Of a stretch of DNA of 64,000 nt, positions 1-12,518 are shown one piece after another. The translations under genes and the position numbers were made by a program. The stretch spans positions 2,108,001-2,172,000 of the forward strand of contig CATNEN010000038.1 of assembly GCA_950097015.1 (NCBI GenBank), in the 5' to 3' direction. Each line of letters starts with the position of its first letter. The stretch's first letter is position 1. A model generated the notes under the pieces. It was not told the DNA's origin and did not search any database. It worked only from the letters and a program-made list of their open reading frames with translations. The stretch is from Macrostomum hystrix. Its lineage: Eukaryota > Animalia > Platyhelminthes.

Positions 1-691
1 AAAGTGAGAAATTTCTTTATCTGAGCGCGAAATGTTTAGTTTAGAAGATCTAAAACTGTCTAGCTTAGTCTAAAATATTGGGCTGAAAAGACATTGAGTA
101 AATAAACAATCGTTGTCAAGCACTGGGGCCGCTGTTTCTTTTCATTGTATCGCTATTGGACGATCAAATCGTATGAACTGTCTGTGGCATAGAAAAGTGA
201 GACGCTCGTAGCAGGGGGTGTGAAGAAAACTTGAAGAAAACTTTGATGTCTATGGTAGAGTGTATTCATACCCTTCTCTCTAGCCTATTTGACGATATTA
301 GCATTGAGGATTACGATAGACAAAACTTGCATTGCAACGCACTGTAAATATTATATTCTGTTTTGTACTAAGGACGAAAGTTGATTGAGGCAAGCAGGGG
401 AGAAGAGCACATGCTTAGACTAGAGAGAAATATTAACAAACCTGGAAGCCTAGACATGGATGCTAGAAGTGTCCATCTTCTAAATTTTAATAATCTTCCT
501 GTCGATAGCTTAAATGCTTTGTCCCAGTCCGAGTTGGATCTCGTGGCCGAACTGTCGCGCAATGACTGCCGTCGTGACGAGCTAGTGACCCAGTTCTTGT
601 TGTTTGTGAAAACTCCATCGGCGACAAAGCGAACTCATCGGATCTGCCTGCTGATATTCGTGAACAACTTACCAGCATCGATGAAGCTGAG

Positions 692-1910
692 ATGGAAAGT
701 CTACCTCAAAGCAGTCGGAAACAGATGGAGGATCATGGGCGCAAGTTTGTCGGATTTCTGGAGGGTCGCGGTCTGAACTCCGATTTGGCGAAAGTGAATG
801 ACAACACCCTGAATCAGTATCTACGATTATTCTACTTCCAGTTGAAAACAAAGGGCGGTGAGATCTATTCACCATTGTCGTTAGTCTGCATCCGAGCCGC
901 TATCCAGCGATATTTGAATATCATTGTGAAGAGACAGACAAAACTGGTTGCTGCTGGGACCGTGTTTGATGGCTCAAACAGGATGCTCGAATTCAAGGTC
1001 CGTGAATTTATCAAGTCTCGCAAGACAGTTCAAAGCTACGATCCAATCGAGGAGGGAGACATGGTTAAATTGCGCGACTACTTTGATCGTAGTGACGGAG
1101 AACGACTCCAAGATGAATTGCTATTCAATCTCATGTATCAGCTTGGAGAGCGTGGACGGGAGCACATGAAGACGTTTCTCAATCGGAACTTTCTGGTGCG
1201 AGGTGTCGACTCGGATGGACGGCAGTATGCCTGTTTGCCGACGCTACCATCGAAGAATCGATTAGCAACACTGGACGCTGGTCAGGTCGCCGATTTGAAG
1301 CACGCTAGAATATATGATCTTGAGCTGCTAAAACTGTACGAGTCGGTGATTCCGGATTCCGGCGACCACTTTCTACCTCGTCCTATGAAGAGCACCATTG
1401 GGAAGAAGTTTATCTTCTCTGATAAGGCACACCGTGGTCTGCGTTATTTACAAGAGTACATGAAGAACCTATCCGAGAAGGCTAAGCTAAGCAAGCGTTA
1501 TACCAACCACTGCATTAGGTGAGTATATATTTGTGTTACGAAGTAAAAGTAAAAGCATAATTGTTTGTTCACCTTTCTGAACAAGATACCATTGCATTTT
1601 TAGAGTCACGCGCATTTGCGACTTGGAAAGCGAAGGGCATACTGTCCACGACATCATGCTTGTGACGGATCACAAGTCGGAGGCGACCGTTCGGCGATAT
1701 CTGCATAAGAGGCGTGATCGCAGTTTGTACAAGTCCTCTGTGAACGTGCATACCGCCATGAAGAAGTCTTTGGATTGTATGGATCGTACTGAGGCTGCGC
1801 CATCCATTAGTGGAGATGAGGAGTTTCATCGGGTCCAATGCCCACCAGAGAAAAAAATGCGAATCCAAGTGAACGGCAGTTCAAACATCATTGATTTCTT
1901 TTTTGAATAG
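692..1910 (+). CDS. Crypton-type tyrosine recombinase (DUF3504/CryptonA-like); exons <692-1518 and 1604-1910; 5' part probably frameshifted near 590-600
   Basis: GT..AG intron 1519-1603 joins YTNHCIR to VTRIC...IMLVTDHKSEATVRRY, giving the H-x-x-R / H / Y catalytic pattern. First catalytic Arg probably in QLGERGRE. N-terminal LNQYLRLFY...YSPLSL..IRAAIQRYL is typical of Crypton/ZMYM-like domains. The frame is open upstream of 692 only to about 580. Confidence 0.8.
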
Positions 1911-2411
1911 CTTTAATGACTGCCTTGACTGAAAGTTAACTTTTATTATTGGTGTTCATTTGAGGCATTCATCACATAGGTTTCGTCTATGTTCGTTCTT
2001 GTTACTTCTTTCGAATAAATTGAACATTCCTCTAGGTTCAATGCCGAATGGCAAACAATGAATTGTAACGCATAAAACTACAAATAATGGTAAGTTGTCT
2101 ATGAGGCAACCGCATACACAACAACATTGACAAACGCACCCGACAAGATTTCCTCCGTTGCACAAACCGTCATTGACATAACCAAGTGTGCGTAAACGTC
2201 TCAAGCTCGTGTATAGTTTATGGCCCAAAGGCCATCAAAGAAATAGATTGAAGTGTGCAGTAAATTCCGCAACTGTGCGGTAAATGATACTCCACTTGAT
2301 CTCCGTGCCATCCCTCTTCTGAGCTACTATGCAGTAAATCCCAGACGGGTATTGTCTATGGGCCGAAGGAGCTGGTCTTGCGCACACACACTTGGTCATA
2401 AATCAATGCAC

Positions 2412-2507
2412 TTATGCTAGGCTTCCTAGTGCGTAAATAGTCTATGGCACTCGTGCGCTGCGTGCACTCGTGCAAAGACTATTTACGCACTCGGAAGCCT
2501 AGCATAA
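2412..2507. repeat. 32-bp-arm inverted repeat (hairpin) downstream of the recombinase
   Basis: TTATGCTAGGCTTCCTAGTGCGTAAATAGTCT (2412-2443) versus AGACTATTTACGCACTCGGAAGCCTAGCATAA (2476-2507), 1 mismatch. Confidence 0.9.
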
Positions 2508-4861
2508 ATCTACCATTGAGACACGCAATGCGGTGCATTAAACGTTAAACAGCGTGCGTGTAACGCAAGTAGTCTATGGTAGAAACTCAACCGCGCTAAG
2601 CGTTTTCATCATGCGTGTAACGCATTTAGCGTGCGTCTAACGCTACAAGCACAAAAACAGTTTATTTCAAAAGTGGAACAGATGAAGCATACAACGTTAA
2701 CAAGTTTACTAACGTTAAAGTGTCTATGGCCCAGCTTGCATATTACAATGCAACTAATATATCGCCGCTTTGAACTTTAACGGTCTGCTGCAACTTTACT
2801 CGCAATCTGATTAATGTCAAGGGCAGCGATGCAATTGATGAAGTTTAACCTGGCACTGGCGCGATACGAGCTTAATAAACTATTGCACCAGTGCCTACGA
2901 AGGTGTAATTAATTATAAGCTCTTAGTTACTCCAGCAATTCTTGCGTCGAACAATTACACAAAATTCAATAGTAGAAGTTTAATATTAAAGGACAGGTGA
3001 AAATAAGAGCTTAACTACATAGACCAGATGTAGAGCCATAGGCGCAGCCGCAGAAGCGTATGCAAATGTTGTGTACAACTGTTCATTCCATTGGCTGAAG
3101 GGCTGCCTGAAAAACCCGAATATCCCGGACACAAATAGTTCCTCCGGGCTGAGAATCGAACTGCGGACCTCTCAGTAAGGAGTAACAAAAACAAAAAAAC
3201 ACTTAACCTCCAACTTATAAGGATATTATTGAATTGAGAGCGTTGCGGTCCAAGAACAACCCAAATAACAATCCAAAGAAGACAGACAGATTAGAGTTGC
3301 TTGAATTTAAGATTCTCTAAACGGCGATTACAACCAACGCTTAGAAACCGCTTAAAAATTTATTGAGTGGCGGTTTTTATATTTCATTTATAGTTCTCAT
3401 CAGGATATGGACAGGTAAATGGGTTAGAGAGGCCACGATAAGCAAATCAGCGACACCAAAGAAACATTACACTTTTTGCTCATCCTTCGGAATACAGGCA
3501 TAGAGAAACTCTGGGTCATGCAACGATTGGTACAGTGCCGACGGGATTGCAATTCGCTCCATATACTACTACTCTAACAAAATAGTAATAAGTCTTGTTT
3601 TCTAATGTCAAAAAAGGACAACAACAAGACGGCAAAAACATTAGTTTTATGACCAATAGTGGACACCTTACTAATGTTTAAACAGTGGCACTTGCACATA
3701 CATTTAGCAATGCATAAAAAGATACATTTTAAATTGGTAATGCGCGCGTTAACAAAACTAAAGACTATAAATTTGCGAAAATTTGTATTTCGTGCATTTA
3801 TAAGCATAAATATTTCATGTACCTTAATATACATGCCATATAGACTGTTATAAATGCCGACTACCTAATTGTATAGCAGCTAATTTTCCTAACCATCTAA
3901 TTAAAATGTAATACAACCACATTTTCCATCGTCAGAAGAAGACATACTAAGCTGGGAAGTTTTTTAAACTCATTCGCTAATAGCTACTTACAGTAGCAAA
4001 ATTGTTTAAATTCGACAAATTGTCATATGCCCTCAAGATACTACTAACACCAACGAAATAAATCATGAGTTGAGAGGAAACTGCTGGGGCGAGATTGCAG
4101 TAAGCAAGCACACAGAGTAACACGGAAATACTGAGGTACCGCGCGGGTAGGTAGCAAATCAACAAACCGGACAATATGAAAGTATTAGATTTTGGAAATC
4201 CATTTATTTGACTTTTTATCAAGCAGTTACGAAGCGGTTAATGGCAATATTTAGTGATTATTGGACCGTAGGCATATATAGAATTAACATTACTGATGTA
4301 TTAATATAACTATTTTGAGCCTTCAAGTTGCCCATTTACAAAAGAAACTGAAGTACGGTCAGAGATAGATACGGTCACTGAAAATAACTGACAAGAAAAT
4401 AGCGAACTTCCCCGTTCCAGCGACAACTACTAATGCTATTAGCAATAACAAAGCAATTCAAAGCAATGCTAGCCAAGCATAATGCTGCACCATATGTTTG
4501 ACAGCAACCGGATAGGTCTAATTGCTTTGCTAACTAGGCTGACTGAACAAATTATTGCCGATAGAAGAACCGGGCCCATCCCATTCACAATGTCAGCCAC
4601 ACCTCATATGAAGTGTCAGTTCTCAGCTGAATACACAGAAATCAATTATCATTAGAAAAAGCATTCGATAAATAAGAAACGTAAACAAAAAACTGACACA
4701 AAAGTAGCGGGCAGAGAGCAACAGTCTACAAAAAGAATAATTTCTCTCTGCATAATAAACATGCGCGTTTCATTAGAAAAGCGGTGCAATTTTCACGAGT
4801 CTAAAACGACAGAGTCCGATTGTGCCGGTCCAATCAGCAGAGTCCGATTGTGCCGGTCCAA

Positions 4862-6175
4862 TCAGCAGCATCGGCCGCTCTTATGACTGCCCCCGCCCTC
4901 GTGCGGCCTCACAGTGCCGCCGCCGCCGGCCCCGTCGCCGGCCATGGCAGCCGGGGTCTTGCGCAGGATCAGCTCGGTCAGGGCGCGAAACGACGCGTCG
5001 ACGCCGTCGCCAGTTTTTGCCGAGGTCTCAAAAAATGGGATGCCCATATCGCGGGCCAGGCGGTCCCCCTCCTCTTGGCTTACCTGCAGGTATCGAAAAA
5101 ATAGACTGGTATAATATAAAAGTTTTTTTATTTAACTAACAATTTGCGTATCAGCTACTTATTACTCGTAGTAAGCAGCCCTAACAAGCGCGTGAACTTG
5201 CTCAAATAAAAGTCCGTTTGTAATTTGTTATTATACAAAATAAAGTGGAGCTCATAGTAACCCACCTGTCGCTTGTCAGCCATATCTTTCTTGTTGCCAA
5301 CAATCACTCGTTCCACATCTTCACTGGCGTGCTCGTCAATATTTCGCAGCCATCTTGACACACTTTCAAAAGTTTTACGCGATGTGATGTCGTAGACTAG
5401 CATGATCCCCATGGCGCCGCGGTAGTAGGAGGTGGTGATGGTGTGGAACCGCTCCTGGCCAGCCGTGTCCCAGATCTGCGCGCGGTGCAATTTTCGGGAT
5501 AAGCCAGCTGTTACATTGATTAGATCACTTTCTCTTAGTTGCTTGAATTAATTACTGGGGAATAGCCATATACTAGCCAGATTATTGAGTGAGCTTGTAT
5601 CCCAGTGGTTAGAGCTTCGGACTTCCGACAAAAAGGTCGCGAGCTCGAATCCCAAAACAAGGGAAAATGTCCTTTGTAACATGTAACAGTACCCAGTTGT
5701 AACATGGGTACTGTTGCTAGAGTAGAAATTCGGGTAGTTCTCCTTAATTCATGGACTAAGCAGCTAAACAAAACCTTCTGAAGGACGGCACAATTGGTGG
5801 TACAGGCCTAACTGGGCTAGGTGCTATTTCTATTTTATCATAAATTTAATGTGTATGAAAAATGTGAGATTAGTCAAGAAACTAATTTTTACCTTTTCAT
5901 GTCACTTGTTATAACACTATGAAATACAAATACTCCATTTGCTAAAAGTTATTTCTAGTAAAATAAATTTGACGAAAAAATTAATAAATTACCTGCAGTT
6001 TAATCTTTTTGCCTTCAACTTCAATGGTTTTAATTTTGAAATCAATGCCAATAGTAGAGATAAATGAGGTCTGGAAAGTGTTGTCAACAAATCTAAACAG
6101 GATGCAGGTCTTGCCAACCCCAGAGTCTCCAATTAGCAGGAGCTTGAAGAGAAGATCATAGGATTTCTTAGCCAT
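4862..6175 (-). CDS. Rab10: Rab10 small GTPase; exons 6175-5993, 5475-5266, 5083-4862 (204 aa)
   Basis: [61 protein letters not shown] and C-terminal CC prenylation site. Two phase-0 GT-AG introns keep the frame. Confidence 0.93.
5600..5715 (+). mobile_element. Degenerate tRNA-derived SINE fragment in the first coding intron of Rab10
   Basis: tRNA-like TGGTTAGAGC...GAGCTCGAATCCC, followed by ACCCAGTTGTAACATGGGTACTG, which resembles the SINE core at 63320-63360. Confidence 0.5.
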
Positions 6176-8827
6176 TCCTGAAAGAAATGAAAGACAAGAG
6201 TCAACAATATAGTTCCAATCTATTATTTGCAAGACTATTTGCTTATAAACAATCATATGCCCTTTAAAATCACATTTTGACTAGTCGTTTACATACACTA
6301 CAAGCATTATAATTAGTAAAATAAAAAGCAGATAAACTAAATGTTGAAATATAGTATTGTTATATTATACAAAATTAGACATATACATTAATTATACAAA
6401 ACTAGAACTTTGGTAATGTCCTTGTTTCCTGCATTAAATTATTTATATCCCAAATTATAGGCAGACAAACAAAAGTGAATTAAAACAACTGGTAAAAAAT
6501 GGTCATAGCACTAGAGAAACAGTTGTATTAGACAGCATAGTAATGAGTCAGTCAGTATAAAAATTTGCTAAACTATTCTTAGACTTAGAGTATAGTCAGT
6601 GCCAGATGAACATGCTAAGGAGGGGGTCAAGGGCTCAAAAAGTTGTCACTGGTGTAATGCTGACTGTGACTATGTGAAAAAATGTAGTCAACTTGGCATC
6701 TATTGTCAATATCACCAGATTGCAATGAGTGATTTCAAGGTTGCAGAGCTTGGCCATTTGCCAATGACAACCTTTTTTGACTCTTACACCAGATAGTTCC
6801 CCTGGCAATGACCTAGACTTAAAGAGTTTTGGAAACCTGTACTGGCTGACCAATTACTATGCACTGTGTAATACTGTGTAATACACAAGAAACTAGGACA
6901 TTGCCAAAACTTATTATATCTAGTAACACCCCACTATCTGCAATATGGCCATAGCCATAGCCATGAATGACCACCACAGTGGTTAACACTATTCACATCA
7001 ATGGTTAACATATTCTGTGTCACATCACATTTTAAGGTATAGTTTTAGACTATTTTATTTTTTATAGGTTTTATACATAGTTTATTTCTATCCAGAGTCT
7101 AATCCATGTATCCATGTATCCATAATATCCATGTATATTATGCTGAAACATTCTAGCATACATTTGTCTTAGGCCAAAAGTGTACAAGTTGGCATAATTG
7201 GCATACATGTGTGACTTAGTTTGTTGTCCCTTGGTCCCCCCTTTGATTTTTTGCGCTTGGTCAATTGTTTTTAGCGACCTACCTTGCTTGGCCCTCATTT
7301 CACCCGGCCGGTTTGGCCGTGTCAGCTGGATGTTGCGCATGTATGTGCATGCAGGTGCCTAAGCTGCACTTAAGAAAATCCAAAAAGCATGCTTGAAAAC
7401 ATCTATAGTGTCAACTTTTTCTAATAGGGAGTATAGTAATAAAAAAGACAATAGGGTAAATCCAAAGATGGCCACATATATAGACAATTATGTGTCCTTT
7501 GCAATATTTTGATGCTGTTTTAGCTTCTATTTATCGCAAAGTTGTGCTAAATCAACATTTATGTTATTAAAATTAAGTTGCATTCCCATTTCAGATTATT
7601 GAGAACCGTTTTGACGGATTTGTGTGCAAATAAATTTTGAAAAAGTTTGAAAACGGCATGTCTTTGTTTGGGTGATTAAAAGTGTTTATAAAATTCTATC
7701 TAGATGTACTTGTCTAAATAGCTGTCAAACTTTTTTATCTTTTGCTAAAATGTGCAAAAATGTTGTTTTACTGCTTTAAGCTTTTCAAAAGAAGCTTGAT
7801 CCATTTTTTCCCCGCCATTTTGTTGTCTTTTTATCACTCTGTCCCAACATTGATAAATGTGTCCTAACATCGCATGTACTTTTCTTCGCAGTTAATGATC
7901 CAATCCATGCGACTCCTCCCTTATAATATTCTGTTTGAGTACATCATATAATTATTTACTATCATTATCGTATTTTTTAAATGTCAGACTTGCAGTTGTC
8001 CATAGGCTTACTTAGAGCTATTTTGCAAGCACAATATGTCCCGACATCGTTGGCATAACTTTTGTATGTCACTGAAAATTTTAGTGACCTAGTATATTAT
8101 CGTTTCTTTTAAAGAAAATATATAATGCTGTACAGTAGAATCACTGTGCTCAAGATCTCTAATATTTTGGTCATTGTCATTTGCTTGAAAAAACAGCACA
8201 ACTTGTCACAACATCGATTATCTCGATGTTGGGACCAACAAATTTTTGCTATTTTCGATGTCGGGACCCCAAATTTTATCAACTAGTACCAGTTTTAGAT
8301 TCTGTTATGCTAGGCCTAGCTAGTTGTTGGATCCAATTAACTGCTTTAGATTGTTTAATACTTCAATGGAGGCAATGAATGTTCTTGAGTCTGGACTAGT
8401 TCAGTTCAATTCAGTAAGATCTATTTTTTAATGAAAATGAAATGCTTTACAATGGTTCTTGAATATTTCAGGAATAAAATTGAGCAGGCCTATTGATTCT
8501 TAGGGCCACCCATAATAGTATCTAAGTACTTTACAATTTATACTATATTCATTTTATGCCATAGCTTGGCTGTAAGTATTAATTTTATGTTTAGAAATAA
8601 GGAATACTTGAAATTCCATTGAAGTGCTACTACATTTTATTTTTGTAACCATAATCAAATTACTTATCGCAAAATGATATAGGTATTTGGTTTTCTACTA
8701 AACATCTAATTGTTGTGCTTATGATTATGAAGTAGGTGGATTGTTAAAAATAATTAGTATCCAAGAGCAGTAAGATTTCATTATAAAAGATTTAATTAAT
8801 TTTAATGCTTTCTTTGCAGATCAGCAG

Positions 8828-11800
8828 ATGACACATAAGCTACCAGTTGTGACTGCTGCAAGAGTAAGAAAAAGAGAATGTGATCTTAAATACCAGGAAA
8901 GGAAGAAGAAAGAAAACAAGGCTGCATTCTATGCCAAGAACAATGAGGCCTGTAAGAAATACAGGAAAAATCAAAAGGACATCCATTCTAAAAGTAAGCG
9001 TGCTGCTCGTGCGAACCAAAGATATGAAACTGAGCGGAAGCGAGCATGGCGCTTACAAAAGCAACAACAGGCTAGTGAAAGCCTTAGCCAATCTATTCCA
9101 ACAGTTGTAGCCAGTAGCCCAGTAGGGTTGACTTGCCCTAGTACTTCTAGGATTGAAAAGTCATTAAGCCAAAGTTCTGTTCAGCAGCCAACAAGCATTT
9201 GCAGTCCAATGGACTCCACTAACTCAAGGCGAAGGGCAGCTGCACTAGCTCGTGAGAAGCGTAGAAGAAGAGAAACCCAGCTGGAGCTAAAGAAAAAGTT
9301 ACAGTTACTTCAGCAGCAGAATTGGCGATTGGCAAAGCAGATATATCGCAAGGTAATTTAGAGCACGTACATAAATGTAAATAAATTAATATTTTAACAT
9401 TAAACATCAACTACACTGGACATATTATAAAGCTTTTGAATGCTCCTATTACCAGGTTACTCTTCCCACGCGTGCTGCTAAGCAGGAGATGACAGCTGCT
9501 GAAAGGCACAAGGCAAATCGCCACCTTCTCCATGCCAACAGCAGAAAGCATCTGCAGAAGCTGCGCCGAGCGCGAGAAGAGCGTGCAAGACTAGAAGCTG
9601 CTGAGGTCACCCTTGACATCATGGCCAAGTTCAAGCGGTCAAAACCCATTCTTAAGATGGTCAAAAAGGTTAAACCTTTGAAATTCTGCCTTAATGATTT
9701 AAGTCTTAAAATGTAAATCCCACCCTAATTTCATAATCCAAAATCTTGAACTACAGGTCATGTTTCAAATCTTATTAATTAATTTGATTCTGAGATTACC
9801 TAAAGTATTTCATATCTTACATTGTACAGATCTGCCGCAAAGCCCATCACAATGCAAGGCGCTTTCTTGTCAGGAAGCTGCGACTTGATTATTGGACTAT
9901 TGCTAACCCTGAATCTGATGACGAGCAAGTCCGTGCCACCTCGAAGCCAAGGGATCTGGAGGCCCGCGTTGTCGCGTTCCTGTTGCGTGACGACAACTCA
10001 CGTATGTCCTCATGCAAGAAGGACGTGGTACCTGGACCTGATGGCAAGATGCAGAAGCGATTTCTGAACTTTTCTGTGGACTTGCTGTTTGAGAAGTTCT
10101 GCAGCGAGAACCCTGACGACAAGATCTGTCAATCAACTTTTTACAACCTACTGCAGAAAGCTTTCTACGTAGTGCAGCCACGACTTTCCGACAGGAGTCT
10201 TTGCCTTTGTGCTCGCTGTGCGAATTTTCAAGTAAGTATTCAGAGATATTTCATTGTTTCTAAGCTTTCATTCTCAGAGTCAGCAATTCAGTTACTGCTT
10301 TATGACTATAAATGCCGCTCCCACAGCTTATCGTCAACGCGCTGTTCCTAAAGCAAATGGTGAATACTCGTGAGAAGTATCACCTTGTACGACAGCTAGT
10401 GTGCAATAGCGACGCCAAGGCTTGCATGTATCGAGAGTGCAATGATTGCCGCGACAACTCGGTCCTTCAACCACTTGCTGATGCAGCACCGGAGACTCTG
10501 ACATACCAGCAGTGGGAGCTAACAATGTGCGAGAGAACGAAGTTCAAATCAACGCAGCTGATAAAGGCACGCCACATGAGTTTTAGCTCGATGATTTTTT
10601 TATTCCTATTACACTGCATGAAATGCTAAGGGGAGTGTCCTGGGCTCTAAACAAATGAATTTATGTAACTCTTAATTTATCCCTTCTGACAGAAGACTGC
10701 AAGTCTGCAGGATTCGATCGCGCACTTTAATGAACTTCTAGGCAAGTTCTGCGCTCATGACCTGCGCGTCAAGCATCAGCTAAGGGCCATCCTCGACGTG
10801 CAAGAAAATTTGGCTCCTGGGCACGCCATCTTGCACATCGACTTCTTGGAAAATTACTCTAGGAAATACAGTGCCGAGTCGCAAGCGTCGCACTTTGGTT
10901 TCCGGCCAGAAATTGTGATCCACCAAGGGATCTTGTACCTTGCGGTGAGCACAGTTTACCTATTGATGTACCTGAGATGATTTTTTAATTTAAGTATTGT
11001 CGCTAGAGCTTAAGTGACTAAACCGTGCGCTCGCATGCTTATCAATACAAAATTTAATTGCCTACTTTCATTTTTCATTCTAGGACTGTGAGCCAACATC
11101 CTTCGCTACTGTATCGATGGACAAGACTAAAACATCGGCGGCCATTTTGGCTCACCTACGGCCCATTTTAGACCACTGCCAGGTCGTTGTGCCAAGCCTA
11201 CAAGAAGTCACGATTATTTCTGACTCGCTGTCATCACAGTACAGAAATAAGGGCACTCTTTTTCTGTTCCAACGGGAGATGGCTGGCCGAGGAATTTCCA
11301 ACTGGCAGTGGCTCTATTCAGAAGCCGGTCACAGCAAGGGAGCCCCTGACAGTGTCGGAGCTGCTCTAAAGTGCACCTGTGATCGCGCCGTTGCGACTGG
11401 CGCAACTGTCAACAGCATCCCCGAGCTCCAGGCAGCGATAAATGGAAGACGAAGTGTAGAGTCAAGCATTCTGCTTATTGAGGTAATCCAATAGAAAATA
11501 CAATACGTAGTTTAATTACTGCCTAAAGAGCTCTTTGCTTCCCTTCGGAAGGCATTATTCTGAAAGTTACCTAAATTTATGTCGTTTTGTACGCGTGCGA
11601 TCATCCCACAGGTGACAACTAATGACATCAGCGTATATACGAACGTGCTGGAGTCGGAGCGTGATAGGATTCCGCCTATGGTGGGCATCGGCCAAACGCA
11701 CCATGTTCGCAAGTCCGAGGGCTCGGCCATTTTTTACCGCGAGCTTGCCTGCCATTGCAGTGCTAACTGCCTATGCTTTGACGCCAAGGTTTGGGAATTG

Positions 11801-12205
11801 CCGAATGCCGCAGATCAGTTGGACGTGCCTGAAGCTGCTGAGAATCTACAGACCGTTTTCGTCAACATCATCGAACTAGAGTTACCAAAGACACCACAGT
11901 TAAACGAATTCGTGGCAGTTGTCTACGACACTGCCTGGTTCCTCGGCCAGGTAACGGCCGTGACTGGCGAAATGATCAACGTAAATTTCATGCGCCAGTT
12001 GGGCAAGAGTGACCGTTTCACATGGCCAGCAACGCAAGACACGGACGAGATTAAGGCGTCATCCGTGCTGGCGGTGTGCCAGGCGCCACCGGAACTGCTG
12101 CCTGGAATTAATCGTCACTCTGTGATGCGACTTAACGAAAGGGACTTTGAGCGCATCGAGTCGAGCTACGAACAAATGGCAGCTGCTGAGGGACAGCGAA
12201 TATAA
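8828..12205 (+). CDS. Sola2-type transposase, 7 exons (8828-9352, 9456-9668, 9830-10231, 10327-10566, 10693-10944, 11084-11482, 11612-12205), about 874 aa
   Basis: Motifs FLLRDDNSR..CKKD, CLCARC, HIDFLENY, IISDSLSSQYRNK and EAGHSKGAPDSVG. Splicing through phase-0 introns (one GC-AG) gives a continuous frame. Confidence 0.8.
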
Positions 12206-12518
12206 ATGCATATAATTTCAAGGATTATGCCAAAATTAAAATGAACTTTTCCACAAGCCTTTCCTCTCCTTAACTGGCTACTTTATATTGTTATATACTG
12301 ATGTAGTTATTTTTGCTTCTGTTGCAATTTCAATGTTTGTGTAACTATGTATATTTCTGCGTTTTTTAGTGTGTTGCCATCTTTTGCCTATGTTTTACAT
12401 GTAAACAGTTTTGCCTTCCAATTTTGTGTACATATATATTTACTGTGTTTTAATAGTGTGTTGCCATCTTTTGCCTATGTTTTACATTTTAACAGTTTTG
12501 CCTTCCAATTTTAGTGTA

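Noticed and set aside
3140-3180. Possible tRNA gene on the minus strand
   Set aside because: Only a degenerate B-box-like half is present, with no cloverleaf; probably a SINE relic.
4810-4868. 28-bp tandem duplication at the Rab10 stop
   Set aside because: A simple local duplication in the 3' UTR with no effect on the CC terminus.
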